Positions 1 to 8,958 of a stretch of 28,487 nucleotides of DNA are shown piece after piece. The stretch spans positions 1 through 28,487 of IMG/VR virus record IMGVR_UViG_3300047407_000107. One strand, given 5' to 3'. The position numbers and the translations under genes are program-made. This DNA comes from a virus (lineage: Duplodnaviria; Caudoviricetes). The notes under the pieces were generated by a model, which worked only from the letters and a program-made list of their open reading frames with translations, was not told the DNA's origin and ran no database searches. The first letter of the stretch is position 1. The number at the start of each line of letters is the position of its first letter.

Positions 1-995
1 TCTGTGAATATACGTCTATTGAGATCCTTGATCATTTTCTTGACCTCGGGATCACTGTAGTCCACTCTACGAAAAGTCACGTCCCCAGATTCATTCACGG
101 GTGGTTTTGCGGCTCGTTCGATCTCCGCGATCTTGTCCCACTTGTCGGCTATCATGTTTTTGAATTCCAGGGTGGACCGCATGCCGTGATTTTTCATATA
201 GGTCAGTATCTCTATGGCCGACCGGCGGCTGGCACCAGCACCGGGTTTACGCGCATTGCTGATCTCCAGTTCCAGATTGGTATCTTCGTTGGGTCTGGCA
301 TAATAGCGTAGATTGTAACGTAGCTTTTCCGCCCGGGCGCTGAGTTCCTTAGTGGCCTTTTTATGCAGTAGCTCAATCCAATCCTCGAGATAATTGTGAG
401 CCCGACCGCTGTAGCCTGCGGGTTCTACACCTCGCATCACAGCCTGGGCCCGGCGCGAACTCGGCACTATACTGCGTCGGGTGTCTTGGAGTCGCCAGGC
501 CCGTTCATCGTCATAGAGAAACACCGGCAGTTGGCGCTGTTTGCAGGCGATCATGAGTTTACGGACCTGGGGACTACGATGCTCGTGCTGTTCCTTCAGC
601 AATATGTGTACCTGCCGTAGGGCTGTTGCAGGTATGGTGGGTTCGCGGGCAAACACGCGGTCTTCGCTTTCGCGGGTGCGTTCGCTGCCGGGATGCAACC
701 AGGCCCTTTCCCAGTAATCCACGGGCTTTACCGGATAGCGCCCATCAAACCACTGTCCATCGAGATTGAACATCACGGCGCCATTGCCGGCCCAACGGTG
801 ATAATCACCCGTGCGGGTGCGGGTCAGGCTTAGAAAATATGGGTATCCCGGGGGTGCGAATTTGCGCTCGCTGGGCGAGGCAACACCAATGGCCAATTCA
901 AATTGATTGGATTGTACGATCCGCAATGCGGCCCAGGCCGTGGTGTAATGATACAATACCGGGCTGGCCCGTTCCATCAGTTCTTGTGCTCGCAT
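1..995 (-). CDS. ADP-ribosyltransferase-like modular protein (runs off the left edge; not in the ORF track)
   Basis: Manual translation from ATG 995: MRAQELME-RASPVLYHYTT...YFLSLTRT...RESEDRVF, open to position 1. The H / S / ExE pattern is typical of ART folds. There is an internal VNES motif near the window edge, and ATAAGTA lies 5 nt upstream. Confidence 0.6.
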   Translation of the reverse strand, partial: MRAQELMERASPVLYHYTTAWAALRIVQSNQFELAIGVASPSERKFAPPGYPYFLSLTRTRTGDYHRWAGNGAVMFNLDGQWFDGRYPVKPVDYWERAWLHPGSERTRESEDRVFAREPTIPATALRQVHILLKEQHEHRSPQVRKLMIACKQRQLPVFLYDDERAWRLQDTRRSIVPSSRRAQAVMRGVEPAGYSGRAHNYLEDWIELLHKKATKELSARAEKLRYNLRYYARPNEDTNLELEISNARKPGAGASRRSAIEILTYMKNHGMRSTLEFKNMIADKWDKIAEIERAAKPPVNESGDVTFRRVDYSDPEVKKMIKDLNRRIFT

Positions 996-1000
996 CTCAA

Positions 1001-1017
1001 TACTTATGCGATAAATA
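1001..1017. promoter_or_regulatory. Back-to-back divergent late-promoter-like motifs (ATAAGTA on -, ATAAATA on +)
   Basis: TACTTAT 1001-1007 and ATAAATA 1011-1017, 5 and 4 nt from the respective ATGs. Similar to the T4 late promoter TATAAATA. Confidence 0.6.
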
Positions 1018-1021
1018 TCAA

Positions 1022-2590
1022 ATGCTCATCAACGAACTGACCGAACACATGGTTTTCTTCCCGCCCCAGCGATTCCGGGGCAGCTATCAAGATTCCCAGC
1101 TGCTGGACATGGGTTTCCGCCGCACCCGTGATGGCCGGGCCTGGCAGATCAGCCGGCAGCGTCTGGCCGATCTCGAACAAGAAACACTGCAACGCCGGCA
1201 ACAGGGACAGCCGCCACGATGGTTTGGTGAAAACGACGAATCCCAGCATCGGGATGCCTTGCAGCAGACTGGCTTTTGGGGTCGACAAGGTGCTGGTTGC
1301 ATATTCTTGGCCCAGGACACCGGCCGCATCTGTATCGCACATCGCAGCGGAGCCGTGGAACAGCCCGGCACCTGGGGCACCTGGGGTGGCGCCATCGACG
1401 CCGGCGAAGATCCCGCAGAAGCAGTGCGACGTGAGGTGGCCGAAGAAGCCGGCTACACAGGATCACTGCGTCTGATCCCACTCATGGTGTTTGGTCACAG
1501 TTCGGGATTCCGCTACTACAATTTCTTGGCCCTGGTTCCCCAGGAATTCAAACCACGATTGAACTGGGAGACACAGGGTTGGGATTGGGTCGAGTTTGGT
1601 CAATGGCCCCAGCCCTTGCATTTTGGGTTGGCTGGTCTATTGAAAGATCCCGAGAGCTCAACTACCATCAAAAAATACATCCGGACCCAGGAGCCGGATC
1701 TGGAATCCCAGATACCGGAACACATCGTCAAGGTCAAGGGTGGTTATAGATTGGTCAGCAAAAAATCCGGACGCAATCTCGGTACCTATCCTACCCGTGC
1801 CGGAGCCCAGCGCCGCGAGCGCCAGGTGCAATACTTCAAACATGCCCGGGAAAGCCAACATGAAAGCAGGAAAAAAGCGATAAAAATACGCGAACTCATG
1901 ACCGAGATATATCGGGCACCCAGCTGGGGGTCACAGTCATCACCGGCCCCACGATTGAAGTCCATGCCCAGTGGAGTCAAACCTTTTCCGGGCCATCCGG
2001 GATTTGTTTACAAGATTTCTCGCCGAAATAGTCTGGGCTGGCACCACGGCAACTATCAAGTTCTCGAAGTCATACATGTGGACCACAGAGAATTGGCCGG
2101 GGCATTGTATGTACAGGCCTCGGATCTCTTGCCCCAGGCCCAGCAAGTGGCCAACGTTTTTGTCTATGATCAATATCAACGCCTGGGGCTGGCTTCGTCT
2201 ATGTATGGGTTCATGGTCCGGAATCTCGGCAAGATCCTGGTGGCCGATCAAGATCCCCAAGGCGGTCAAACACCCCAGGCCCGGCAAATGTGGGTGGCCA
2301 TGCAGCAAGGTATTCCGGGCGTGGTGGTCCAGGGCTGGGTACGAGTCGACCTCACGGATTACTATTTCAAAGACGACGAAGACCGCGTGATTGATGCTGT
2401 GATGGCCCTGGGTGGCCACTGGCTCAAGCACGATCGTCGAGAGTGGGTCATAGCCTTTGATGTGCAGTCCAATCGCCAACGCAGTGAACTCCAGGCCGTG
2501 ATACGAAATTTCCTGAGCCGGCAAGTCTACCATGGCGAATCCGGTGGCGAATATGAATCGGGTCTGCTGATGATGCGGGCACAGCGATGA
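1022..2590 (+). CDS. Multidomain protein: Nudix hydrolase + short basic module + GNAT acetyltransferase-like domain
   Basis: Nudix box GAIDAGEDPAEAVRREVAEEAG; GNAT motif A VFVYDQYQRLGLASSMY. Start moved from 839 to 1022 (MLINELTE) because 839-995 overlaps the - strand gene and a promoter motif precedes 1022. Confidence 0.75.
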   Translation: MLINELTEHMVFFPPQRFRGSYQDSQLLDMGFRRTRDGRAWQISRQRLADLEQETLQRRQQGQPPRWFGENDESQHRDALQQTGFWGRQGAGCIFLAQDTGRICIAHRSGAVEQPGTWGTWGGAIDAGEDPAEAVRREVAEEAGYTGSLRLIPLMVFGHSSGFRYYNFLALVPQEFKPRLNWETQGWDWVEFGQWPQPLHFGLAGLLKDPESSTTIKKYIRTQEPDLESQIPEHIVKVKGGYRLVSKKSGRNLGTYPTRAGAQRRERQVQYFKHARESQHESRKKAIKIRELMTEIYRAPSWGSQSSPAPRLKSMPSGVKPFPGHPGFVYKISRRNSLGWHHGNYQVLEVIHVDHRELAGALYVQASDLLPQAQQVANVFVYDQYQRLGLASSMYGFMVRNLGKILVADQDPQGGQTPQARQMWVAMQQGIPGVVVQGWVRVDLTDYYFKDDEDRVIDAVMALGGHWLKHDRREWVIAFDVQSNRQRSELQAVIRNFLSRQVYHGESGGEYESGLLMMRAQR

Positions 2591-3426
2591 AAATACGCGA
2601 ACTGATCACTGAAGCACCACTGGCCGATTATCAACCCCTGGGTGATTTTGAACGGGGTAAAGGTGGGTTCCGTCATGCTGTAGATAAACAACTGGTGACC
2701 AATCCCGTGACCATAGGCAAAGTCCACAAGTTTTTCAGCCGCACACCCTATGATATACGCATATTTCCAGTGCAGGTACGCGGCGGCGGGCGCTGGTTAG
2801 AGACCGGTGAAGTGGATCGTGATACCCTAGTACAAGCTGTGGGCGCCGACAATGCTCAACGTATCCTGGCCGGGCAAGGACCTGACAATATAACCATGGT
2901 GTTTACCAACAACACCGGCGCCGAACGTGTGCCCTTGACCCCTTGGATGATGGCGCACCGCATGGGACATGCCATGCGTCGTTGGCGTGGTTATCAATCG
3001 GATCGCGCCTGGACCGAGGCCGACAGACATTTTTGGAATGGACTGAACGGCATAAACACCATTCTCCGGGACTGCTATGGCGTCACAAATACCACTAGAG
3101 AAAAAGATCGCGTGGAAATAGAAAATGCCCTGCTCAATGCCATAGGTACCATGCGCAGTGCCCGGCAGCGTCGCATACGTCGTAAATGGGAGATGGTATA
3201 TGAAATATTCGCCCAGTATCTCAACACCGGCGAAGTCACTTTTAACTCCGCGCCCGCAGAATTGGTCAGCAGTCGGCAGGCCTGGGGACATCCACTGGTG
3301 TTACGCCACATAGGCAAAACAGAACAACAAGAAGCCAGCCAAATGTTAGAAACCCTGAGCCATGACATGGAACTCATGTTCAATGATGTCATGAGCAATG
3401 CGCTGGGTCGCATCTATGTCATGTGA
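2587..3426 (+). CDS. Hypothetical protein with a degenerate zincin-like motif
   Basis: MKIRELITE leader, ATGA overlap with the upstream stop, AHRMGHA followed by a distal YEIFAQ. Confidence 0.6.
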   Translation: MKIRELITEAPLADYQPLGDFERGKGGFRHAVDKQLVTNPVTIGKVHKFFSRTPYDIRIFPVQVRGGGRWLETGEVDRDTLVQAVGADNAQRILAGQGPDNITMVFTNNTGAERVPLTPWMMAHRMGHAMRRWRGYQSDRAWTEADRHFWNGLNGINTILRDCYGVTNTTREKDRVEIENALLNAIGTMRSARQRRIRRKWEMVYEIFAQYLNTGEVTFNSAPAELVSSRQAWGHPLVLRHIGKTEQQEASQMLETLSHDMELMFNDVMSNALGRIYVM

Positions 3427-3444
3427 TATTTGTATAGCCCGTAT

Positions 3445-4581
3445 ATGGAAAAAATCATCATACACGATGCCGATTTTGGCACTCTAGGCTATCATAAAAA
3501 CTACGCCGATGTTGATTTTCATGGTGGTGATTGGCTGTGCCGATTGCCCTTTGACTATATCGAAGTGACGTATAGCGGTCAGGTGCACGTATGTTGTCCG
3601 TTGTATAATCCGGCCATTATCGGCAATGTGTTGGAGCATACAGTACAGGAGATCTGGCAGGATGCCAAGGCCAATCTCATACGTGAGACCATCCTGGATG
3701 GCTCTTTCAAATATTGCAATCAATTTGCATGCCCAAACATACGTCAAAAAAGTCTTATCCCACGCAGTGATAGATCCCTGGCAAGACTCCATCAGAAATT
3801 GAGTTCTGACACACCCCATAAGATCGCGCTGGTGATTGATCGCAGTTGTAATCTGGCCTGCCCCAGCTGTAGACGCGAGTCCCAGACTCAATTGAGTGAG
3901 GCCCAGCAGATACAAGGCAAAAAGATCATACGTCGAGTACTGAATGATGTGTTCGCCCAGCCACATCAGGAACCAAAAATCTTGAGTATGGATGGATCAG
4001 GTGAAATATTCAGTTCACAAATATATAGAGAAATATTTGCCACCGAGCCGGTGTTTGTCAACCCCGATCTCTGGCCCAATCTGAGATTCTCGCTCAAGAC
4101 CAATGGTGTCATGATGACCGAAAAGATACAACGAAAACATGCCAATTTGTTCCGGCATGTGAGTGACATCGCGATCAGCGTGGATGCCGGCTGCCGTGAC
4201 AGTTATGATCGAGTTCGGTTGGGTGGTGACTGGGATCTGCTGTGGCGCAATATCGATTACTATTATGCCACCCAAGTGGATCAACCCAATACATGGGTCT
4301 GGAACGTGGTGGTGCAAAAAAACAATTACCAATCGATCCCGGATCTGATACGTCGAGCACAAGATCGATATGCCCAAAAACTGCCCAAAATACACATATC
4401 ACCGGTGCTGAACTGGGGCACCTGGAGCGAGTCTGAATATCTCGATCACGCGGTACATATACCCACACATCCCGAATACGAGCGCTATCTCGAAGTCATG
4501 GCCCTGCCCTTGGTGCGCGACTATCTGACACAAAATTGGTTTGGCCCAGCTCAGCGATCAAATAAAGACCCCACGGGATAA
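3445..4581 (+). CDS. Radical SAM protein with an N-terminal SPASM/twitch-like domain
   Basis: CNLACPSC (CxxxCxxC), GSGEIF, KTNG, ISVDA; N-terminal CRLPF...GQVHVCC...GNV...IW...CNQFAC. ATG 3445 preferred over TTG 3430. Confidence 0.85.
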   Translation: MEKIIIHDADFGTLGYHKNYADVDFHGGDWLCRLPFDYIEVTYSGQVHVCCPLYNPAIIGNVLEHTVQEIWQDAKANLIRETILDGSFKYCNQFACPNIRQKSLIPRSDRSLARLHQKLSSDTPHKIALVIDRSCNLACPSCRRESQTQLSEAQQIQGKKIIRRVLNDVFAQPHQEPKILSMDGSGEIFSSQIYREIFATEPVFVNPDLWPNLRFSLKTNGVMMTEKIQRKHANLFRHVSDIAISVDAGCRDSYDRVRLGGDWDLLWRNIDYYYATQVDQPNTWVWNVVVQKNNYQSIPDLIRRAQDRYAQKLPKIHISPVLNWGTWSESEYLDHAVHIPTHPEYERYLEVMALPLVRDYLTQNWFGPAQRSNKDPTG

Positions 4582-4584
4582 GTA
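4578..4584 (+). promoter_or_regulatory. Late-promoter-like motif ATAAGTA
   Basis: Same heptamer as at 1001-1007, 13187 and 24323; lies just upstream of the 1060-aa gene. Confidence 0.5.
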
Positions 4585-4605
4585 AAGATACAGAAAGACA
4601 CCGAA

Positions 4606-7600
4606 ATGATACTAGATCAACTGTTTGAAAACAACCGGGCTCCAGGGAGTGCTTATGATCGCGGTGGTGCCGATGCTTGGTATCACCGTGCACGTCGCCC
4701 GCACAAGATAGTGGATGGACACGAAGTGGCTCTTACTGATCCCCGGGAAATAGACGATTACAATCGCGGCTATGATGATGAAGGCATCACTGGACGTCAT
4801 CAGGGCAAACAGTATGATGTACGCGAAGACGATCTAGATGAGGCCGTGGCGGACTGGAGTCCTCTGGGCCGGGAAAGCATGATCAAGGGCCGAATCGCCA
4901 GCCTGGAACGTCTCATAGACCACTACAAACAAAAGGGCGATATTGCCCGGGCGCAACAGTTACAGGCGGAATTGGGCACAGTCAAACGCAAACTTGACCA
5001 AGTCTGGGCCCGTGATTCCCGTGCCGTGTCCGAAGGCAAACCTGTGGCACACAGCATCGATTATGCTGTATGGAGCCGGAAGTCCCCGGACGAGCAGCAG
5101 ATGTTGCGACAGCTACATCCAAAATTGAAAATCAAAAACGTACCACCTAAGCCACGAGCCGAACGGGTCAAAAAGGGCAAGATAGACTATGCTGCCATAG
5201 CCCGCAAGGCCGAAGCCGTGCTGGGCAGCACATTCCCCGACGGCGATCCCATGGATTGGATGTATCCTTACATAAGCCGGCATCTTAAAGATGTAGGTAT
5301 CCCCAAAGAAAAACAATACGGAAAATATGAGGTATATCCCATATTGGATCGTGCCATCAAGATGCATGTGGATAAAAAAGGCTATGACCATTGGTTGGAA
5401 ACTACCTGGGATCAAGTGGCCGATGATAATATGATGCCCGGCACTGTGACCCGTGACAACAATCCCTGGCGTGTGGCCGAAGGCATGGTCGAAGCAGGTC
5501 CATTTTCGTATGGTGCAAAAAAACATCCCAAAGGCAGCATAAAGTATCTGGCGGCCCAACGACGCCGACAGCAAGAACGAAATAAACCAGTGATCGAACC
5601 AAAAGATCAAATGGTAGGCACGGCCAAAGTCAAGCCGGTAAAGGAGGGTGATCTGGGGCAGTTCCATCGGAACCTGGGTCAGCGGGTCCGGGATCGTGCG
5701 GCTCAGGATCAAGCAGAGGTGGCTATCGCTCGGGCTCGAGATCCCATGACATGGTTGTGGAAACCCGGCGATCAAGTCTTGAGCAAGAAAACCGGTCGTA
5801 CATATACCATAACAGCTCATGCCCTGAACGCCCGGCATGGTGCCATGTATCATTATCAACGTGGCCAAAAGGGGTCCGACGATTTTGAGCGTGGTAGTTT
5901 CATCGCTGACCGGGCACACCAAGGCTTGACCAAGTTGAATCTGGAAGGGTCTGACCAACTGGCAGAAAAGTGGAGCGAGAAATACCGGCGCAGCATAAAC
6001 TGCAATAACCCCCGGGGTTTCAGCCAACGAGCTCACTGTGCCGGACGCAAAAAGAACGAGTCAGTACAGGAAGGCTCCAAAGAAAACAAGGATCAAGAAA
6101 CTATTGATTACGTCAATCAAGAATTGGCACATACCATAAAGACAAAATTCAATGGTATCGCATGGTTCAATGGTGGCTCTTATTCATATCTGCTAAACAT
6201 CAAAAAGCCAAACGCTATGCAGGCATCTGATGGCAGTCCTATTCGCGTAAAGAGTTGGGCACAGGGCATCAAAGATTATGCTGATCGTTGGGTTTGGGAT
6301 GAACTTGAAAATAGCTATCCTGACTATTGGGAAACGTTTTTGCGCCCATACAAAAAAGGTGAGGGTCAGCCTGAACATGAATATCACAGCCGCTTTGGTG
6401 AGTCTGTGGCGGAAGGCCAAGGTCTGGGACCAAGGCGGCATTTTAAAGATCTCGACAAATGGCAGCAGGCCACAATCGATGCTTGGGGTGCCGGACGTGT
6501 GCGTATCGAACAGCATTCCAAAGGCATGTTTGCTGCTATCCTACAGAATGGTTATCTAGTAGGCGCGTTTGATGTGGGGCAAGGCGGCTGGGTGGAACTA
6601 CAACGTGGCAATCAAATAGACGAAGCCCCACTGGATTGGCAAGGGAAGGCGTCTGGCACAGCACAATCTAATGTAACCGATCATACATTTGACGAAGCTT
6701 TGGGGTATTTAAAATCCCACTACCCGGTGGTTAAACAGTATTTGGTACGTAGAGCCGAACTGGGATTTAGGGCCTGGGATCATCCTAAGCTTTGGAAGGG
6801 AAAAGCATTTGATCCCACCGCAATTGACCAAAAACAAATGCGCAAAAGTGAAGCGCATATACATGGAGTAGATGGCGCGGTGGATTACCTGCAACTCAAG
6901 CAAAACGCAATGATGAGCGGTAGCAAACAACTCACTTATAGCATTGGATATAATTGGAGCACCATGGAAAATCCTAGCACCGGTATTGCTATAGTCTACT
7001 ATCAAGATCGAGGCATGGGGTCGGATGAAATTTATATTGGTGGCACAACACGAGAAAAACAAATCCAGGCACGCCAAGTATTTCGCGATGCTGGAGTATT
7101 ACCTATTCCAAAGCCAAAAGTTAAAAAGCAAGGAATGGCGGAAGGTGATGTGATTCACACCAAGTTCGCCACCAAACAAGCACAGCGTGGCCGTGATCGA
7201 TATCACAAAGTTGAAGGACTAGACATCCCAGTATTTGATCGTGCCGTGGGAAGAGCCATGCCGCCCAATCTAGCCCGAGATCCCACGCCATTTGATCACT
7301 TTGTGGCACGCCGTGGCAAGGTAATGAGTCGCGGCGTCACCAAACAAGGCAATTGGTACAGTATCATAGGTGTATTGCCCAACGGCAAAGAATACACAGC
7401 CAGCACCACGCCCAGCGAACAACTGGCCCAGGCCCTGACTGCGACTTACAATCGCGGGGGATTCACGGATCTGGACCTGCGGCCGGCCAGAATCAAAGGC
7501 TACAACGATGACCCCGAGGTCACTGAAGCCGATCAAGCCCAGCGATATGTGCTGTATCTCAATGGCCGGCCGGCTGCGCACTTTGCCAGTCACAGCGAAG

Positions 7601-7788
7601 CCCAACGTCAGGCCCAGGCAGTGTTGCAGCGCAGACCCGATACCAAATTTGAAATACGTGCCGTGACACCGGGCATAATCGAAGACCTGCGCGACCCCCA
7701 GGACAATCCCTGCTGGACCGGATATCATCCCGTGGGTACCAAAAAGAAAGCTGGCCGTACAGTACCCAACTGTGTGCCAAACAAATAG
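4606..7788 (+). CDS. 1060-aa modular protein, putative head-internal polyprotein
   Basis: MILDQLFE leader; recurring LDEA, VSEG, VAEG, MVEA, VKEG, LAEK, VQEG, VAEG, IDEA, MAEG, VTEA, IIED motifs separating unrelated short modules, including two small Cys-pair modules. Confidence 0.7.
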   Translation: MILDQLFENNRAPGSAYDRGGADAWYHRARRPHKIVDGHEVALTDPREIDDYNRGYDDEGITGRHQGKQYDVREDDLDEAVADWSPLGRESMIKGRIASLERLIDHYKQKGDIARAQQLQAELGTVKRKLDQVWARDSRAVSEGKPVAHSIDYAVWSRKSPDEQQMLRQLHPKLKIKNVPPKPRAERVKKGKIDYAAIARKAEAVLGSTFPDGDPMDWMYPYISRHLKDVGIPKEKQYGKYEVYPILDRAIKMHVDKKGYDHWLETTWDQVADDNMMPGTVTRDNNPWRVAEGMVEAGPFSYGAKKHPKGSIKYLAAQRRRQQERNKPVIEPKDQMVGTAKVKPVKEGDLGQFHRNLGQRVRDRAAQDQAEVAIARARDPMTWLWKPGDQVLSKKTGRTYTITAHALNARHGAMYHYQRGQKGSDDFERGSFIADRAHQGLTKLNLEGSDQLAEKWSEKYRRSINCNNPRGFSQRAHCAGRKKNESVQEGSKENKDQETIDYVNQELAHTIKTKFNGIAWFNGGSYSYLLNIKKPNAMQASDGSPIRVKSWAQGIKDYADRWVWDELENSYPDYWETFLRPYKKGEGQPEHEYHSRFGESVAEGQGLGPRRHFKDLDKWQQATIDAWGAGRVRIEQHSKGMFAAILQNGYLVGAFDVGQGGWVELQRGNQIDEAPLDWQGKASGTAQSNVTDHTFDEALGYLKSHYPVVKQYLVRRAELGFRAWDHPKLWKGKAFDPTAIDQKQMRKSEAHIHGVDGAVDYLQLKQNAMMSGSKQLTYSIGYNWSTMENPSTGIAIVYYQDRGMGSDEIYIGGTTREKQIQARQVFRDAGVLPIPKPKVKKQGMAEGDVIHTKFATKQAQRGRDRYHKVEGLDIPVFDRAVGRAMPPNLARDPTPFDHFVARRGKVMSRGVTKQGNWYSIIGVLPNGKEYTASTTPSEQLAQALTATYNRGGFTDLDLRPARIKGYNDDPEVTEADQAQRYVLYLNGRPAAHFASHSEAQRQAQAVLQRRPDTKFEIRAVTPGIIEDLRDPQDNPCWTGYHPVGTKKKAGRTVPNCVPNK

Positions 7789-7790
7789 TC

Positions 7791-7979
7791 ATGAGACTGA
7801 TTGAATTCGCCGAGGGATTCAGAGTCTATGCGGCCCGAGTGCGCGTGAAGAATCCGCTCTACAACAACTCAGTGGATGTGGCTGTGTTTGCCAAGAACGT
7901 GGCCATGGCCCGGGCCCTGTTGCAGGCACAGTTTGGTGCGGACAGCGTGGTCACCAACGTACATGAGATTTCGTCATAA
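7791..7979 (+). CDS. Small hypothetical protein
   Basis: 62 aa, MRLIEFAE leader, fills the gap between neighbours. Confidence 0.75.
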   Translation: MRLIEFAEGFRVYAARVRVKNPLYNNSVDVAVFAKNVAMARALLQAQFGADSVVTNVHEISS

Positions 7980-7980
7980 C

Positions 7981-8271
7981 ATGAACTGCCAAGACATAAT
8001 CGTAGAATGTGATGTGCGCGGTACCGATGCCAGTCGTTATCGTGTATGGGTCGAAGATGAACTGTTCCAGGAGCGTACCTGGCGTTGGGGTGATGACTAC
8101 TATCTACAAGAGGTCATAGCCATACGTGCCCAACCCGGACGATACCAGGTACGGATCGAATCCGTGCCTGGTGACAGTGGTACAGTACGAGTAGAGAACT
8201 TCTGTGTGACCGAGGGGCCGGCCCGCGTGGATGAACAGGGCCTGGTGGAGATACTCAGTGCGAGTAATTGA
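7981..8271 (+). CDS. Hypothetical beta-rich protein
   Basis: ATG 7981 lies 1 nt after the upstream stop (MNCQDIIVE...ELFQERTWRW); 96 aa. Confidence 0.7.
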   Translation: MNCQDIIVECDVRGTDASRYRVWVEDELFQERTWRWGDDYYLQEVIAIRAQPGRYQVRIESVPGDSGTVRVENFCVTEGPARVDEQGLVEILSASN

Positions 8272-8773
8272 CATCATTGAAGGGGTCATCGATCGCAGCG
8301 AACAGTTCCGCCAACAGCGGTTGCAATCTTTTCGAGATCGATTAGCTCGCGCCGGTGAGGCAGCGACGCGAGCGTTTGTGCAACAAGAGATGCAGGAGAA
8401 AGTCGTCAACAGCAAACTGGCCGAGATCGAACATTTGCCTAATAGATTGATAGGTTCCCAGGCATTGTTGGATTTGGCCGCACTGCGCAGCCAATATCTA
8501 CCCAATACATCCATAGTGAATATATTGAGTTGGGATAGTGATGCTGACACTGCTGACAGCCCCAAGCGAATGGTCCAACAGGCCCGTGACTTTGTGCAAC
8601 ACAATCGCGACAAGATATTGGATATTATCGAAACACAATTGCGGGCTCTAGATGAATTAGCTCAGTGGGCCGATCAACAGCAATGGCCGGCGCCTTGGCG
8701 CAGTTATACTCGATATGGATCTATCAAGAGCGAAATAGAACGCAATCGCGAATACTTCAAACGATATCGGTGA
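8258..8773 (+). CDS. Hypothetical protein
   Basis: GTG start with GGAG at 8247-8250 gives an MRVIDIIE leader. Confidence 0.65.
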   Translation: MRVIDIIEGVIDRSEQFRQQRLQSFRDRLARAGEAATRAFVQQEMQEKVVNSKLAEIEHLPNRLIGSQALLDLAALRSQYLPNTSIVNILSWDSDADTADSPKRMVQQARDFVQHNRDKILDIIETQLRALDELAQWADQQQWPAPWRSYTRYGSIKSEIERNREYFKRYR

Positions 8774-8781
8774 GGTACCTT

Positions 8782-8958
8782 ATGAAAATACGTGAAATCA
8801 TGGAAACAGCATCGGTGGGTGGTACATGTGCAGGTGGTATAGCCCCGATCTCCCAGCCACTGGGTGAATTACAACAACGCCAGCCCCGGCCGCGGCAAGC
8901 TAAATATCAGAACAGCGCACCCGGTATAGGAACCAAATATGCTCAAAGACGACCTTAA
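8782..8958 (+). CDS. Small hypothetical protein (58 aa)
   Basis: GAGG upstream; MKIREIME leader followed by the Gly/Ala/Thr-rich TASVGGTCAGGIA. Confidence 0.7.
   Translation: MKIREIMETASVGGTCAGGIAPISQPLGELQQRQPRPRQAKYQNSAPGIGTKYAQRRP

Noticed and set aside
396-1021. ORF 396-620 (+) and the 839-1021 N-terminal extension of the Nudix gene
   Set aside because: Both overlap the long - strand gene, which has recognisable motifs, its own promoter motif and a leader.
4606-7788. CRISPR array or tandem repeat
   Set aside because: The recurring motifs are about 12 nt, degenerate, irregularly spaced and within a reading frame.
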